Shown here: one piece after another, positions 49,843 through 59,800 of the stretch
Layout of the letters: the number at the start of each line of letters is the position of its first letter
Numbering within the stretch: position 1 is the stretch's first letter
Assembly (NCBI RefSeq): GCF_002753895.1
Contig: NZ_NJER01000001.1
Location: 1,114,910 to 1,178,909, forward strand
Length of the DNA: 64,000 nt
Direction of reading: 5' to 3'
Source: Halobacteriovorax sp. JY17
Lineage (GTDB): Bacteria; Bdellovibrionota; Bacteriovoracia; Bacteriovoracales; Bacteriovoracaceae
Made by a program: the position numbers and the translations under genes
Notes under the pieces: model-generated
Told to the model about the DNA's origin: nothing
Databases searched by the model: none
What the model saw: only the letters and a program-made list of their open reading frames with translations

Positions 49843-51444
49843 CTTTAGATTCTTAAGTTCGAGTCCAGTTTCATGGGCCTTTGCTTTAGAAGTTTCTTGA
49901 AGAAATAATGAGCGTTTTATAAATAACTTCATAAGACGTTCTCTATTCTTCTTTCTAAGTCTGTTCACTTTCTTCGTCATCGTAACCATATCAGATGACA
50001 TTTCTCCAATCCTCTTTCCTTGCTCTAATAATTCTTCAAACTTTCTAGCAATGATAGGATCTGAAACTTCAAACTCTTTATATTGTTTATGAGTCTCTAA
50101 GATCAGTCCCTGCAAGACTGGGCCAATATTCTTACTGTAAAGAATTTCAAAAGACTCAATTTCCTTTCCTCTACGAATTGAAGTTAAAACATCTTCATAC
50201 GTTTTATAAATTTTAGTAGAAAGCATTGAAAATGTTTTATATCCCTCTAAAATGTGAGTATAAGGCTTTTTCTTTTCAATTAGGTTTTTCTTTTTAAATT
50301 GAGAGAGATTCTTATCGAAATCCTCTCTCGTCCCAGGAAAGATCAGACTCTTTCCTCTAAAGCGAAGTTGCTCAGCTGGTTTAAGCAGGCCAAGAGAGAG
50401 CTTTGAATAGAGGTATTTAAATGCTCTCTGCTCTACTCCTGTAGGAATGGCCAGTAGCTGAACATAGTACTCACCCGAAGCGAAGTGATCCCCTTTTACA
50501 ATCTTAACTTCTGGAAATTTTGCAACTCCATTAATCAACATTCCCATCGCAGTTGCCACAACTTTCTCTTCGGCAAGAACCTTATCTTGCACCGAAGTAA
50601 GAGTTAAGTAGACTTTAGATTTATGCTTAATATTCGCAGCAAGAATTAACTCTTTAGAGTCTTTTGACATAAAGATCTCGGCCTGAACATTATTCACAAA
50701 GGGAGCTTTTCTAACCTCTCCAATACGATCAATTGTAATGGCAGAAAAATCCTCTAAATTCACATAGGACTGTGTACTTTGATATATTAAATAACCTGAC
50801 AAGATCAAAATAATAAAACAAGAAGCAACAGCAGTTATCAACTTATAGTTAAAAGGCTTCTTCTCTACCTCAGCTTCAATCTCTAGCCAGATGTCTTCTT
50901 CAGCCTCTTCCTCATCAATAGAGTCTGGTTTGGGAATAAAAAGAGGCGCGGGTTCAGCTTCGATTACAGGTTCAATTGCAGAAATAGTCTCCGCGACTTC
51001 CACAATCTCCACCACCTCAACAATTTCTGGAAATTCTGGAAGAGCTTCTTCTTCCTCTTGAATTTCAAATGGAATCTCAGGGAAGTCTGGTAACTCTTCT
51101 TCAATACTCTCCTCAGCAACAACTTCTAATAGAACTTCTTCACTTGGAATTGAAGGTAGCTCCGGAACTGCAGGAAGTTCAATTATTTCTTCTAAAGCAA
51201 AATCTTCAACAATAGGAAGATCCGGTAACTGAGGAAGATCGGGAAGATCACTTGGAGGATCAATTAAAGTTTCTACTGGCTTAAATTCCTGAAACTCTTT
51301 CAAAGGGTACCAGTCATCTACCCCTTCTTTCCAGAGAGGAACTTCATCATCGACCTTGCCATTTTGCAACATTTCTCTAACTTCTTCTGTTGAAAATGGT
51401 CCTAAGTGATGATCAGATTGAAAAATAAACCACGTTTTTTCCAT
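49837..51444 (-). CDS. GYF_2 (DUF4339)-domain bitopic membrane protein with Pro/Glu-rich linker
   Basis: N-terminal W......GPFS..EV..M...G.......W.EG..DW motif, PDLP/PELP/PEIP repeats, one TM segment, large C-terminal domain. Confidence 0.8.
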   Translation of the reverse strand: MEKTWFIFQSDHHLGPFSTEEVREMLQNGKVDDEVPLWKEGVDDWYPLKEFQEFKPVETLIDPPSDLPDLPQLPDLPIVEDFALEEIIELPAVPELPSIPSEEVLLEVVAEESIEEELPDFPEIPFEIQEEEEALPEFPEIVEVVEIVEVAETISAIEPVIEAEPAPLFIPKPDSIDEEEAEEDIWLEIEAEVEKKPFNYKLITAVASCFIILILSGYLIYQSTQSYVNLEDFSAITIDRIGEVRKAPFVNNVQAEIFMSKDSKELILAANIKHKSKVYLTLTSVQDKVLAEEKVVATAMGMLINGVAKFPEVKIVKGDHFASGEYYVQLLAIPTGVEQRAFKYLYSKLSLGLLKPAEQLRFRGKSLIFPGTREDFDKNLSQFKKKNLIEKKKPYTHILEGYKTFSMLSTKIYKTYEDVLTSIRRGKEIESFEILYSKNIGPVLQGLILETHKQYKEFEVSDPIIARKFEELLEQGKRIGEMSSDMVTMTKKVNRLRKKNRERLMKLFIKRSLFLQETSKAKAHETGLELKNLKL

Positions 51445-51547
51445 ATCTTAGTATGTTAACTTGCTATATGGAATTGCTCAAGCTTATAGATTTATAAAAT
51501 TGCTCTATCACTTTGCTTAATTTCATTTCTTGCTCTAATATGCCGCC

Positions 51548-52468
51548 ATGAAAGAAGACATCAAAGATATTCAAACACAACTCGATAAGAGAGCGGCCTC
51601 TAAACTAAGAATTGAACCCCTTAACGATTTCAAAAATAGCAATCTTAAGAATATATTTATTCTAAGTGAATCCGACTTAGGGGTTGTTAGAAATGGAGGA
51701 AGAAGAGGAGCGGCCTTTGGGCCAAAGGCCATCGTCAACACTCTTTTAAAAATGACTACCCATAAGCAAAAAGAGAATGGGTTAAAATCTATTAGAAGTC
51801 TCCAGCCTTATACTCCTTTTACTCAGCAACAAAGTGAAGATATTTCTTCAATTACCGAAATCTTGAAAAGTTATACTTATTCTCATATTTGTCACCTAGG
51901 AGGAGGACACGATCACATCTACCCTCTCTTAAAAGCGTTAAATACGAGAACAAATAAAATCGCAGTAATAAATATTGATGCCCATCTAGACACAAGGACA
52001 GACCTAGAGACTCACTCTGGAACTCCTTTTAGACAATTTGCCAACGAAGTCGAAGGAGACTTTAAATTAATTCAGCTAGGTATTCACGACTTTGCAAATG
52101 AAATAAGTAACTATACTCCACTTAATAAGAGCGAGATGGAAATCTATTCTGTTTCTCAACTAAGAAAAGAGACCTCGAACTTTACAGCGGTTCAGGCCTT
52201 TATGGATAAAGTCACTCAAGATCTTTGTGAGTTTACAATAATTCTAAGTTTAGACTGTGATGCCATTTCCTCCCAAAGTATGGAGGCCGTAAGTGCTGTT
52301 AACCATAACGGACTTGAGCTCAGCTTTGTGAGAGATATTTTCTCTTGGTACTACTCGTTAGACCAGAAGCAGAAATTTTGTGGAATTTATGAGTACAATC
52401 CAATTTTTGATAATTTGTCCAATAAAGGGGCAAGAGCATTGGCCTCATTAATTGAGCCATTTCTATAA
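51548..52468 (+). CDS. hutG: Formimidoylglutamase (arginase family)
   Basis: GV.RNGGR.GA..GP, LGGGHD, INIDAHLD, DCD and E.NP motifs. Confidence 0.75.
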   Translation: MKEDIKDIQTQLDKRAASKLRIEPLNDFKNSNLKNIFILSESDLGVVRNGGRRGAAFGPKAIVNTLLKMTTHKQKENGLKSIRSLQPYTPFTQQQSEDISSITEILKSYTYSHICHLGGGHDHIYPLLKALNTRTNKIAVINIDAHLDTRTDLETHSGTPFRQFANEVEGDFKLIQLGIHDFANEISNYTPLNKSEMEIYSVSQLRKETSNFTAVQAFMDKVTQDLCEFTIILSLDCDAISSQSMEAVSAVNHNGLELSFVRDIFSWYYSLDQKQKFCGIYEYNPIFDNLSNKGARALASLIEPFL

Positions 52469-52475
52469 AAAAGAC

Positions 52476-52514
52476 GAAAAAAAACCCATGAAGAAATTCA
52501 TGGGTCTTTTTTTT
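52476..52514. terminator. Bidirectional intrinsic terminator
   Basis: ACCCATGAA-GAAA-TTCATGGGT (52484-52505), flanked by an A-run and a T-run. Confidence 0.85.
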
Positions 52515-52572
52515 GAGAGACATTTTTTGGAGATATGAAAAAATCCTTTCTTCGTAACTCCTACACACACAC
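52476..52572 (-). ncRNA. Putative sigma54-dependent small RNA (about 95 nt)
   Basis: Lies between a consensus -24/-12 promoter and a terminator; no credible ORF; AAGGA sits in a predicted hairpin loop. Confidence 0.45.
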
Positions 52573-52581
52573 TTAATATAT

Positions 52582-52597
52582 AGCAAGACGTGTGCCA
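52582..52597 (-). promoter_or_regulatory. sigma54 (-24/-12) promoter
   Basis: Minus strand reads TGGCAC-ACGTC-TTGCT, an exact consensus with correct spacing, in intergenic DNA. Confidence 0.75.
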
Positions 52598-52694
52598 ACT
52601 TTTCGATTGTCCCTAATAAATATAACTATCTGTATTTACTGGATTAAGAATGCGACGCTTCCGCCATTTTTATGACAAGGACCGATTTCAAGAG

Positions 52695-52943
52695 TCAACT
52701 TACTGACTCACCTCTTAGAAATTTTCCGAGATAGTAACTCGCATCTTCCAATGCGTCATGAGCCGATTCTCTTCCAAAAATAGATTTAACATGCTTCCAA
52801 ATTTTTCGTGTCTCGATCTGAACAATATCAATCTCGGCCATAAAACCGTCTTCAATTTGATTAACAGATATTCTTCCCTCACGGAAGTCATCTGTTTCAA
52901 TTTCAACAAAGAATTCTTTTGGAAAGTCTTTATTCAATTTCAT
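52695..52943 (-). CDS. Small hypothetical protein (82 aa)
   Basis: ORF with AGAGAG RBS-like sequence and a protein-like composition. Confidence 0.65.
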   Translation of the reverse strand: MKLNKDFPKEFFVEIETDDFREGRISVNQIEDGFMAEIDIVQIETRKIWKHVKSIFGRESAHDALEDASYYLGKFLRGESVS

Positions 52944-52971
52944 CTCTCTTTAATAATTAGTGCCTAGTCTT

Positions 52972-55900
52972 CTACTCTTTCTTTACACCATTATCAATAA
53001 TTTCATTAAAATCTTGTAGAGAAAATCTCTTTCTTGCTTTCTTCTCTTCTACAGGTTCTTTCTTAACCGATGCAGGCGCCCTTTTGGAGAGAACTTTTTC
53101 GATAACTGCTGCGGAAGTCTTATCTTTTTCAATAACTTTAATTTCACCAGTTCTTTCATCTTTTTCTAGGATAATTTCTGTTCCACCTTGAGTGATGACT
53201 TCAGTACCATACTCAGAATAGAGTTTTGCAAGCTCGCTCTGGTCAGCTGATCGTACTTCGTTAATATTTTGATATGATACAACACTTACATTACTAGAAT
53301 TTTGAAGCTGTGAATCTTCAATCTGAGTTGCGCTCAGTAATGCTCCTGAAGAACTTCTAGGAGCTATGGAACTAGAGCCTCTCGAAGCTTCACTATCGAG
53401 AGAGCCTCCTGCGGAAGACGTGCTCGATGAGTACTGAGAAGGAGCTGAGTTTGGAGTGCTTGATTGTGATTCAGTTGAACTCTGAGAAGAACGACTTGCA
53501 CTTCTCTGTGGAGTTGAACTCGCCTCAGCAGCTCTCTTACTTCTAGTTGACGAGAAAACACTTTTAGAGTTCTCTCTCTCTAAAGAATTAGAGTCTAATT
53601 TTGAAACACTTTCTCTCGTTGATGCCGGAACTCTTTCCTTCTTCTTTTTCTTCTCAGCCTTTTTCAATTCAAGTTCAGATTTTGCAAGCTCTAACTTCAT
53701 TTTTTCTAAATCAACTTTTAACTTATTAAGCTCTAACTGGTCTTTCGTTGTTGTGTTTTCTTTACTAAAACTATTCTCTGTCGGATTAACTTCTCGCGAC
53801 TTACTATTATCAATTTTTGTTATTTGTTGAGTTGCTGAATTTTGCAATCTCTCCTCAAGATCTTGAATCCTCTTTTCCATTAATTCTTCTTTACTAAGCT
53901 CTCTTTCTTCTTGTTGACGATTATTAAACTTGGTGTTTCCAAGCATGAAGTCACTAGTATTAGAATTAGAATTAAAATTCATTACAGGTTTAGTATCTAG
54001 CGGTACAGATGAGTCGAAACTCGACTTAGACTCGACGACAGAAGGAACTTCGCTCCTCTCCAAGTTCGTACTTTCAAAGTCAGAAATTTCTTCACCACTC
54101 TCTACCGGAGTATCAACAGTACTGGCTACTTCTTTTACTGACTCTGTAGCGTCGCTTATTGCATCTTCAACGGGAATATTTGCAAGTTGTGGCTCTTCCA
54201 CCACGATTGCTTTAGGTATATTCTCACTCGCTCCCTCAGGATTAGGATTGGATAGAGCTCTATCAATAATATCTCGAACGGCATTATCCACTGGGCTTGA
54301 GTTGTAGAACTTTGAGACATCTATCACAAAACTTCCGCCTCCCCAATTGATAACGTTTCCTCCACCATAACTATTAGTCGGATTTAAAAGAGCCCCAGTC
54401 CCTTTACCAGTGTAATTTCGCCAATCAAATGATAAAGAAAGGTTTTCCTTATCACTTTCATCTGAGCCTGCAACATATAAGTCAACAATTTGATTACGTT
54501 TACCTGTCGCTAAAGTTTCTGACATTTCCATAGAAACGCCTGTAGAAAAGTCTACATTATTTAATTTCTCATCTTCAAAATTAAGTATGGCATAAGCGTT
54601 TAAAGGCTTACTTTCATCCACTAACTTCTTAGAGCTATTTGAAAAGAAACTTCCGTATCTTTTAAAAATAGAATCAAAGACTCTTGACTCTGATTTATTT
54701 TTAGCTACACAGTAGAGTTGATCAAATTTAAATTTATCGTTTTTATACCTATTCTCTCTTACTTTCTTTGCTGTTTCTTCGTTTAAAGAAAAGCTCAGTC
54801 TTGGCTTAGGATCAGATATAGCAGCACAAGAGTCTTTCATAGTTTTAACTAATTTCTCACACTTATTATTTAATTTCTCATTTTGCTTATCTTCCATAAA
54901 ATTCTCAAGAGATGCGATAATTTGAGGTAACTCAACTTTAGATCTTTGAAAAATTTTATTTGGATACTGCTCACTAAAGTAATCAATATACTCACCTACA
55001 GATTTTTTTAGACTGACGTCGTTAGTATAGAAGTAAGGCTTATTAGGAAAGTTATCTATTCCCTTAAACAGGTAGAAGTTTTTCATACTTACTAGAAAAG
55101 CTGTATCCATTCTTCTTTGGTAATCAGCTAACCCCACTGCTGCATAGAGATTCGCGTCAGTTCCCCTCCACTTAGCCTGAAGTCTTCTAGCAATATTTTC
55201 TACTAGCTCCTTATGTTGAAAATTTCCAAGCGACTTATATTTAGAGTCATTATTTGGGTATCTCTTATTAATCTCATTTAATTTAAAAGCATCTGCATCT
55301 GTTTGTTTTAAAAAACTTTCATTTACCCAGTGAGTTGGAAAGTAGATAAAGTCCTCACCTGAAGTTCTCTTTTTTCTTAGTTCAGGAGCTTGCGGCATAG
55401 AATCTATGTCCATTCCAACACAATTCTTGCAGTCTTTTAATGAATCAGAGAAGCTCTCTTTTAATGCAAGGAGATCTGACTCCTTACAAAAAGGCTTTAT
55501 TTCTTCCATAAGTGTCTTTGAGTCATCACAGGTTTGTCTAGAGTAAGAATCTAAATACTTCATACCATTATTACTTGATGGCATATTGGCAATTTCTCTA
55601 TTCTTTTCTTCTCTATATTCTTTAAGCGCTTTAAAACTATTTAAAGCGATATTCTTCTTACTTTCTTTTATAAGATTTTCATCAAACTTTTTAAGATCTT
55701 CATCTGTAACTTTTTGCTCGTAAGTTGATTCACCAACGCATCCGCAAAATCTATCTTCGTCAGTATATTGGTCGCAGTAATTATAAAGACCAACTTTCAT
55801 CAACTCACTCAATTGTTCGTCAACAATACCTTCTCTATTTCCTTCACAAATAGCTTCAGCCATTTCTCTTTGGGCCTTAGCGGCTTCCTTAACTTTCTCA

Positions 55901-56028
55901 ATAGAGATTTCTGCTCCTCCCTGCTCAACTCCCTCAACTTTTTGTGCTCCTTCCCCAGGAAGTGCCTGCACTGACCAAGTGGTAAACAAGAAGAATGTAA
56001 ATATAATTGCTGTCTTTACTTTATCCAT
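52972..56028 (-). CDS. Large exported hypothetical protein with coiled coil and Ser-rich C-terminal region
   Basis: Start MDKVK after AGGA, signal peptide, N-terminal Cys cluster, acidic linker, coiled coil, Ser-rich tract, RVPAS/RAPAS motifs. Confidence 0.8.
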   Translation of the reverse strand: MDKVKTAIIFTFFLFTTWSVQALPGEGAQKVEGVEQGGAEISIEKVKEAAKAQREMAEAICEGNREGIVDEQLSELMKVGLYNYCDQYTDEDRFCGCVGESTYEQKVTDEDLKKFDENLIKESKKNIALNSFKALKEYREEKNREIANMPSSNNGMKYLDSYSRQTCDDSKTLMEEIKPFCKESDLLALKESFSDSLKDCKNCVGMDIDSMPQAPELRKKRTSGEDFIYFPTHWVNESFLKQTDADAFKLNEINKRYPNNDSKYKSLGNFQHKELVENIARRLQAKWRGTDANLYAAVGLADYQRRMDTAFLVSMKNFYLFKGIDNFPNKPYFYTNDVSLKKSVGEYIDYFSEQYPNKIFQRSKVELPQIIASLENFMEDKQNEKLNNKCEKLVKTMKDSCAAISDPKPRLSFSLNEETAKKVRENRYKNDKFKFDQLYCVAKNKSESRVFDSIFKRYGSFFSNSSKKLVDESKPLNAYAILNFEDEKLNNVDFSTGVSMEMSETLATGKRNQIVDLYVAGSDESDKENLSLSFDWRNYTGKGTGALLNPTNSYGGGNVINWGGGSFVIDVSKFYNSSPVDNAVRDIIDRALSNPNPEGASENIPKAIVVEEPQLANIPVEDAISDATESVKEVASTVDTPVESGEEISDFESTNLERSEVPSVVESKSSFDSSVPLDTKPVMNFNSNSNTSDFMLGNTKFNNRQQEERELSKEELMEKRIQDLEERLQNSATQQITKIDNSKSREVNPTENSFSKENTTTKDQLELNKLKVDLEKMKLELAKSELELKKAEKKKKKERVPASTRESVSKLDSNSLERENSKSVFSSTRSKRAAEASSTPQRSASRSSQSSTESQSSTPNSAPSQYSSSTSSAGGSLDSEASRGSSSIAPRSSSGALLSATQIEDSQLQNSSNVSVVSYQNINEVRSADQSELAKLYSEYGTEVITQGGTEIILEKDERTGEIKVIEKDKTSAAVIEKVLSKRAPASVKKEPVEEKKARKRFSLQDFNEIIDNGVKKE

Positions 56029-56369
56029 ACCTGTCCTGATCGGTCGGTTACTCAAAAATACTTAGTTACTCAAGAAATATTATATCGCGTTAGATAAGAT
56101 TAAAGCTCTTTATTAATGCCTAGTTAGTACCCCCTCAAAAAATCCAAATACTTACGCCCCTCCACAGATAATATTTACATATAGATTCGAGCCATTAAAT
56201 TTGGGCGAATTCTCAACAAATTACAAATATTGCTCCAGAAGAAAATTGCCTCATGGCCATTAGCAACATAAGAAATCACTTAATTTATCGTAATTACAGG
56301 AGTACAATCTGATCAATTCAACAAAACTGAAAGAAAACCATTCACTTATTTTAAAGGGGTAAATATCCT

Positions 56370-57044
56370 ATGGCTTCATCAATGCTAAAGTATGCGACTT
56401 CTTCGGTCGTAAAAAAACAAGTTATGGGCATTACGGGCCTACTGCTTTGTGGCTTCTTACTGTCACACTTAGCCGGTAATTGCTTAATGTACTTCGGACC
56501 AGAAGCGTTTAACACTTACGCTCACACACTTGTCACAAATCCATTTATCTATGTGGCAGAAGCGATTCTCGCGGCAATTTTCTTAACCCATATTGGATTG
56601 GCGGCAAAGCTAACAATTGAAAATAATCGAGCAAGACCACAGAAGTATTATATTAAGCAAAAGACGGGAAGAGGGGCAACGTTCGCTTCATCGACTATGC
56701 CTTACACAGGGCTTTTAATTCTTATCTTCATGATTCTTCACCTTATTCAATTTAAGTTTGGTCCTGTCTACACAATCACTCATGGTGGTGTAGAGATGAG
56801 AGATATTTATAAAACGGTTGTAGATTACTTTCAAAGTCCTCTCGCAGTTCTTTGGTATATCTTCTGTATGATTGGACTAGGAATACACGTGAGTCACGGT
56901 TTCTGGTCAGCATTTCAATCAATTGGTTTTTGGCACCCTAAGTACACTTGTCTTCTAAAGTGTTTAGCAAAAATTTTTGCTGTCGTAGTAACAATTGGTT
57001 ACTCTGCCCTACCAATTTTCTGTTACCTTCAGGGAGGAAATTAA
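56370..57044 (+). CDS. sdhC: Succinate dehydrogenase/fumarate reductase cytochrome b subunit
   Basis: Five TM helices with conserved His (SHLAGN, THI, LHL, IHVSHG..SAFQS.G). Confidence 0.92.
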   Translation: MASSMLKYATSSVVKKQVMGITGLLLCGFLLSHLAGNCLMYFGPEAFNTYAHTLVTNPFIYVAEAILAAIFLTHIGLAAKLTIENNRARPQKYYIKQKTGRGATFASSTMPYTGLLILIFMILHLIQFKFGPVYTITHGGVEMRDIYKTVVDYFQSPLAVLWYIFCMIGLGIHVSHGFWSAFQSIGFWHPKYTCLLKCLAKIFAVVVTIGYSALPIFCYLQGGN

Positions 57045-57045
57045 G

Positions 57046-58977
57046 ATGACTGAAATAAAGAAACTAGATGGAAAAGTTCCTGCGGGAAAACTTCAAGAAA
57101 AATGGGATCAACACCGTTTCAATATGAAACTTGTGAACCCTGCAAATAAGAGAAAGTATAAAGTTATCGTTGTGGGAACAGGACTCGCTGGAGCCTCTGC
57201 TGCTGCAACACTTTCAGAGCTAGGATACGAAGTAAGTACATTCTGTATTCAAGATTCTCCAAGAAGAGCACACTCTATTGCCGCTCAAGGTGGAGTAAAC
57301 GCAGCCAAGAATTATCCAAACGATGGTGATTCAATTTGGCGTCTATTCTATGACACTATTAAAGGTGGAGATTATAGAGCGAGAGAGGCCAATGTTTATA
57401 GACTGGCCCAAGTTTCAAATAATATTATCGATCAATGCGCGGCTCAAGGTGTTCCTTTTGCTCGTGAGTACGGTGGTACCCTTTCAAATAGATCATTTGG
57501 TGGAGCACAAGTTTCAAGAACATTCTATGCTAGAGGTCAAACTGGTCAACAACTTCTCTTAGGGGCTTACTCTGCTCTTATGAAAGAAGTTGGAAAAGGA
57601 AAAGTAACTTCTTATACAAGAAGAGAGATGGTTGAACTTGTTGTTGTAAATGGTAAGGCCAGAGGGATTATCACAAGAAATGTTGTAACTGGTGAGTACG
57701 AGAAATTCTCTGCTGACGCTGTTCTTCTTTGTACTGGTGGTTACGGAAACGCTTACTTCCTCTCTTCCAATGCTATGGCCTCTAATGGTTCTGCGGCATG
57801 GAAGGCCTATAAAAAGGGTGCGATGTTTGCAAACCCTTGCTACACACAAATTCACCCAACTTGTATTCCTCAACACGGAGACTTCCAATCTAAGCTAACG
57901 CTCATGTCAGAGTCACTTAGAAATGATGGACGAGTTTGGGTTCCAAAAAATAAAGATGAAACAAGAAAAGCAAATGAAATACCTGAAGAAGATAGAGACT
58001 ACTACTTAGAAGAAAAGTACCCTTCTTTTGGTAACCTTGTTCCAAGAGATGTTGCTGCAAGAAATGCAAAACAACAAGCGGATATGGGAAAAGGAGTTGG
58101 TTCAACAAAAGTTGCCGTCTACCTTGATTTTGCAGATGCAATTAAAAGAGAAGGAATCGAAACAATTAAAGCTCGTTACGGAAATCTCTTTGATATGTAC
58201 GAAAGAATTACTGATGAGAACCCATACGAAGTTCCAATGAGGATCTTCCCTGCTGTTCACTATACAATGGGAGGCCTTTGGGTTGACTATAATTTAATGA
58301 CAACAGTTCCAGGTTGTTTTGCCCTAGGTGAAGCAAACTTCTCGGATCACGGTGCAAATAGACTTGGAGCTTCAGCTCTTATGCAAGGTTTAGCAGATGG
58401 ATACTTCGTTATTCCTTATACATTAGGACACTACCTAGCAAGTGAAGGACTAATTAATGAAAACATTGATGATAGCGCTCCTGAATTTGATGAAGCTCTT
58501 AAATCATCACAAGCAAGATTTGATAAACTTCTAGCAATCAATGGTTCTAAGTCTGTAGACACTTTCCACAGAGAACTTGGTGTTGTGATGTGGGACTATG
58601 TTGGGATGGCGAGAACTGCAGAAGGACTAAAAACTGCAATCTCAAAAATTCAAGCGATTAGAGCAGACTTCTGGAAGAACGTAAAAGTAACAGGAAGTGC
58701 AGACGGAATTAACATTGAGCTTGAGAAGGCCAATAGAGTTGCAGACTTCTTAGAACTTGGTGAACTCATGGCGAGAGACGCTCTTACTAGAGAAGAGTCT
58801 TGTGGTGGACACTTTAGAGATGAGTACCAAACTGAAGAGAATGAAGCTCGAAGAGAAGATGATAAGTTCTGTCATGTTGCAGCTTGGGAATATACTGGTG
58901 ACGAGAAAGAGCCAATTAGAAATATTGAAGAGCTTGAGTTTGAAAACGTTGCTCTAACACAAAGATCATACAAGTAG
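57046..58977 (+). CDS. sdhA: Succinate dehydrogenase/fumarate reductase flavoprotein subunit
   Basis: [50 protein letters not shown]. True start at MTEIK (57046). Confidence 0.96.
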   Translation: MTEIKKLDGKVPAGKLQEKWDQHRFNMKLVNPANKRKYKVIVVGTGLAGASAAATLSELGYEVSTFCIQDSPRRAHSIAAQGGVNAAKNYPNDGDSIWRLFYDTIKGGDYRAREANVYRLAQVSNNIIDQCAAQGVPFAREYGGTLSNRSFGGAQVSRTFYARGQTGQQLLLGAYSALMKEVGKGKVTSYTRREMVELVVVNGKARGIITRNVVTGEYEKFSADAVLLCTGGYGNAYFLSSNAMASNGSAAWKAYKKGAMFANPCYTQIHPTCIPQHGDFQSKLTLMSESLRNDGRVWVPKNKDETRKANEIPEEDRDYYLEEKYPSFGNLVPRDVAARNAKQQADMGKGVGSTKVAVYLDFADAIKREGIETIKARYGNLFDMYERITDENPYEVPMRIFPAVHYTMGGLWVDYNLMTTVPGCFALGEANFSDHGANRLGASALMQGLADGYFVIPYTLGHYLASEGLINENIDDSAPEFDEALKSSQARFDKLLAINGSKSVDTFHRELGVVMWDYVGMARTAEGLKTAISKIQAIRADFWKNVKVTGSADGINIELEKANRVADFLELGELMARDALTREESCGGHFRDEYQTEENEARREDDKFCHVAAWEYTGDEKEPIRNIEELEFENVALTQRSYK

Positions 58978-58997
58978 GCCAAAGGTAGGAGATTAAT

Positions 58998-59765
58998 ATG
59001 AGTTCTGATAATTTATTGACTTTAAATCTAAAAATTTGGCGTCAAAAAAACAACAAAGAAAAAGGTGAAATCGTTGATTACACAATTGATGGAGTTTCAC
59101 CAGATGCATCTTTCTTAGAGATGCTTGATATTCTAAATGAAAAGTTAATTGCAGAAGGCAATGACCCTGTTGCCTTTGATCACGACTGTAGAGAAGGTAT
59201 CTGCGGAATGTGTTCACTGATGATTAATGGACAGGCCCACGGCCCTGAAGCAGAGACAACGACTTGTCAGCTCCACATGAGAAAATTCAAAAATGGTGAA
59301 ACTATTGTAGTAGAACCATTTAGAGCGAGAGCATTTCCAGTTCTAAAAGATCTTATGATTGATAGATCAGCCTTCGATGACATTATCGCTTCAGGTGGTT
59401 TTGTTAATGTAAATACTGGAAACGCGCAAGATGCTAATGCGATTCTAGTGCCAAAAGAAAATGCTGAACTTGCAATGGACGCGGCTTCTTGTATTGGTTG
59501 TGGAGCCTGTGTAGCTTCATGTAAGAACGCTTCTGCAATGTTATTTGTTTCTGCAAAAGTTTCTCAACTAGCACTTCTTCCTCAAGGAAAACTTGAAGCT
59601 GAAGAGAGAGTAAAGAATATGGTTTCTAAAATGGATGAACTCGGTTTTGGAAATTGTACAAACGAAGCTGAATGTGAAGCCTCATGTCCGAAAGGAATTT
59701 CAATTAGCAATATTGCTAGAATGAATAGAGACTTTCTTTCTGCGGCTGTAAAATCTAAAAGTTAA
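58998..59765 (+). CDS. sdhB: Succinate dehydrogenase/fumarate reductase iron-sulfur subunit
   Basis: [27 protein letters not shown] and CTN...C...CPKGI clusters. Confidence 0.96.
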   Translation: MSSDNLLTLNLKIWRQKNNKEKGEIVDYTIDGVSPDASFLEMLDILNEKLIAEGNDPVAFDHDCREGICGMCSLMINGQAHGPEAETTTCQLHMRKFKNGETIVVEPFRARAFPVLKDLMIDRSAFDDIIASGGFVNVNTGNAQDANAILVPKENAELAMDAASCIGCGACVASCKNASAMLFVSAKVSQLALLPQGKLEAEERVKNMVSKMDELGFGNCTNEAECEASCPKGISISNIARMNRDFLSAAVKSKS

Positions 59766-59771
59766 AGAGTT

Positions 59772-59794
59772 GGCCCTCGAAAGAGGGCCTTTTT
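59772..59794 (+). terminator. Intrinsic terminator of sdhCAB
   Basis: GGCCCTC-GAAA-GAGGGCC-TTTTT. Confidence 0.9.
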
Positions 59795-59800
59795 CATTCT

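Noticed and set aside
52320-52598. 92-aa minus-strand ORF over the sigma54 motif
   Set aside because: Its TTG start lies inside the promoter motif itself, it reads through a strong terminator and overlaps hutG antisense; the composition is not protein-like.
56030-56070. sigma28-like motif upstream of the 1027-aa ORF
   Set aside because: TAAG to ACCGATCA spacing is 16, and the -10 element would overlap the RBS region; too weak to call.
56995-57046. Apparent long sdhC/sdhA overlap suggesting frameshifting
   Set aside because: An ATG at 57046 with a GGAGG RBS gives a normal sdhA start just after the sdhC stop.
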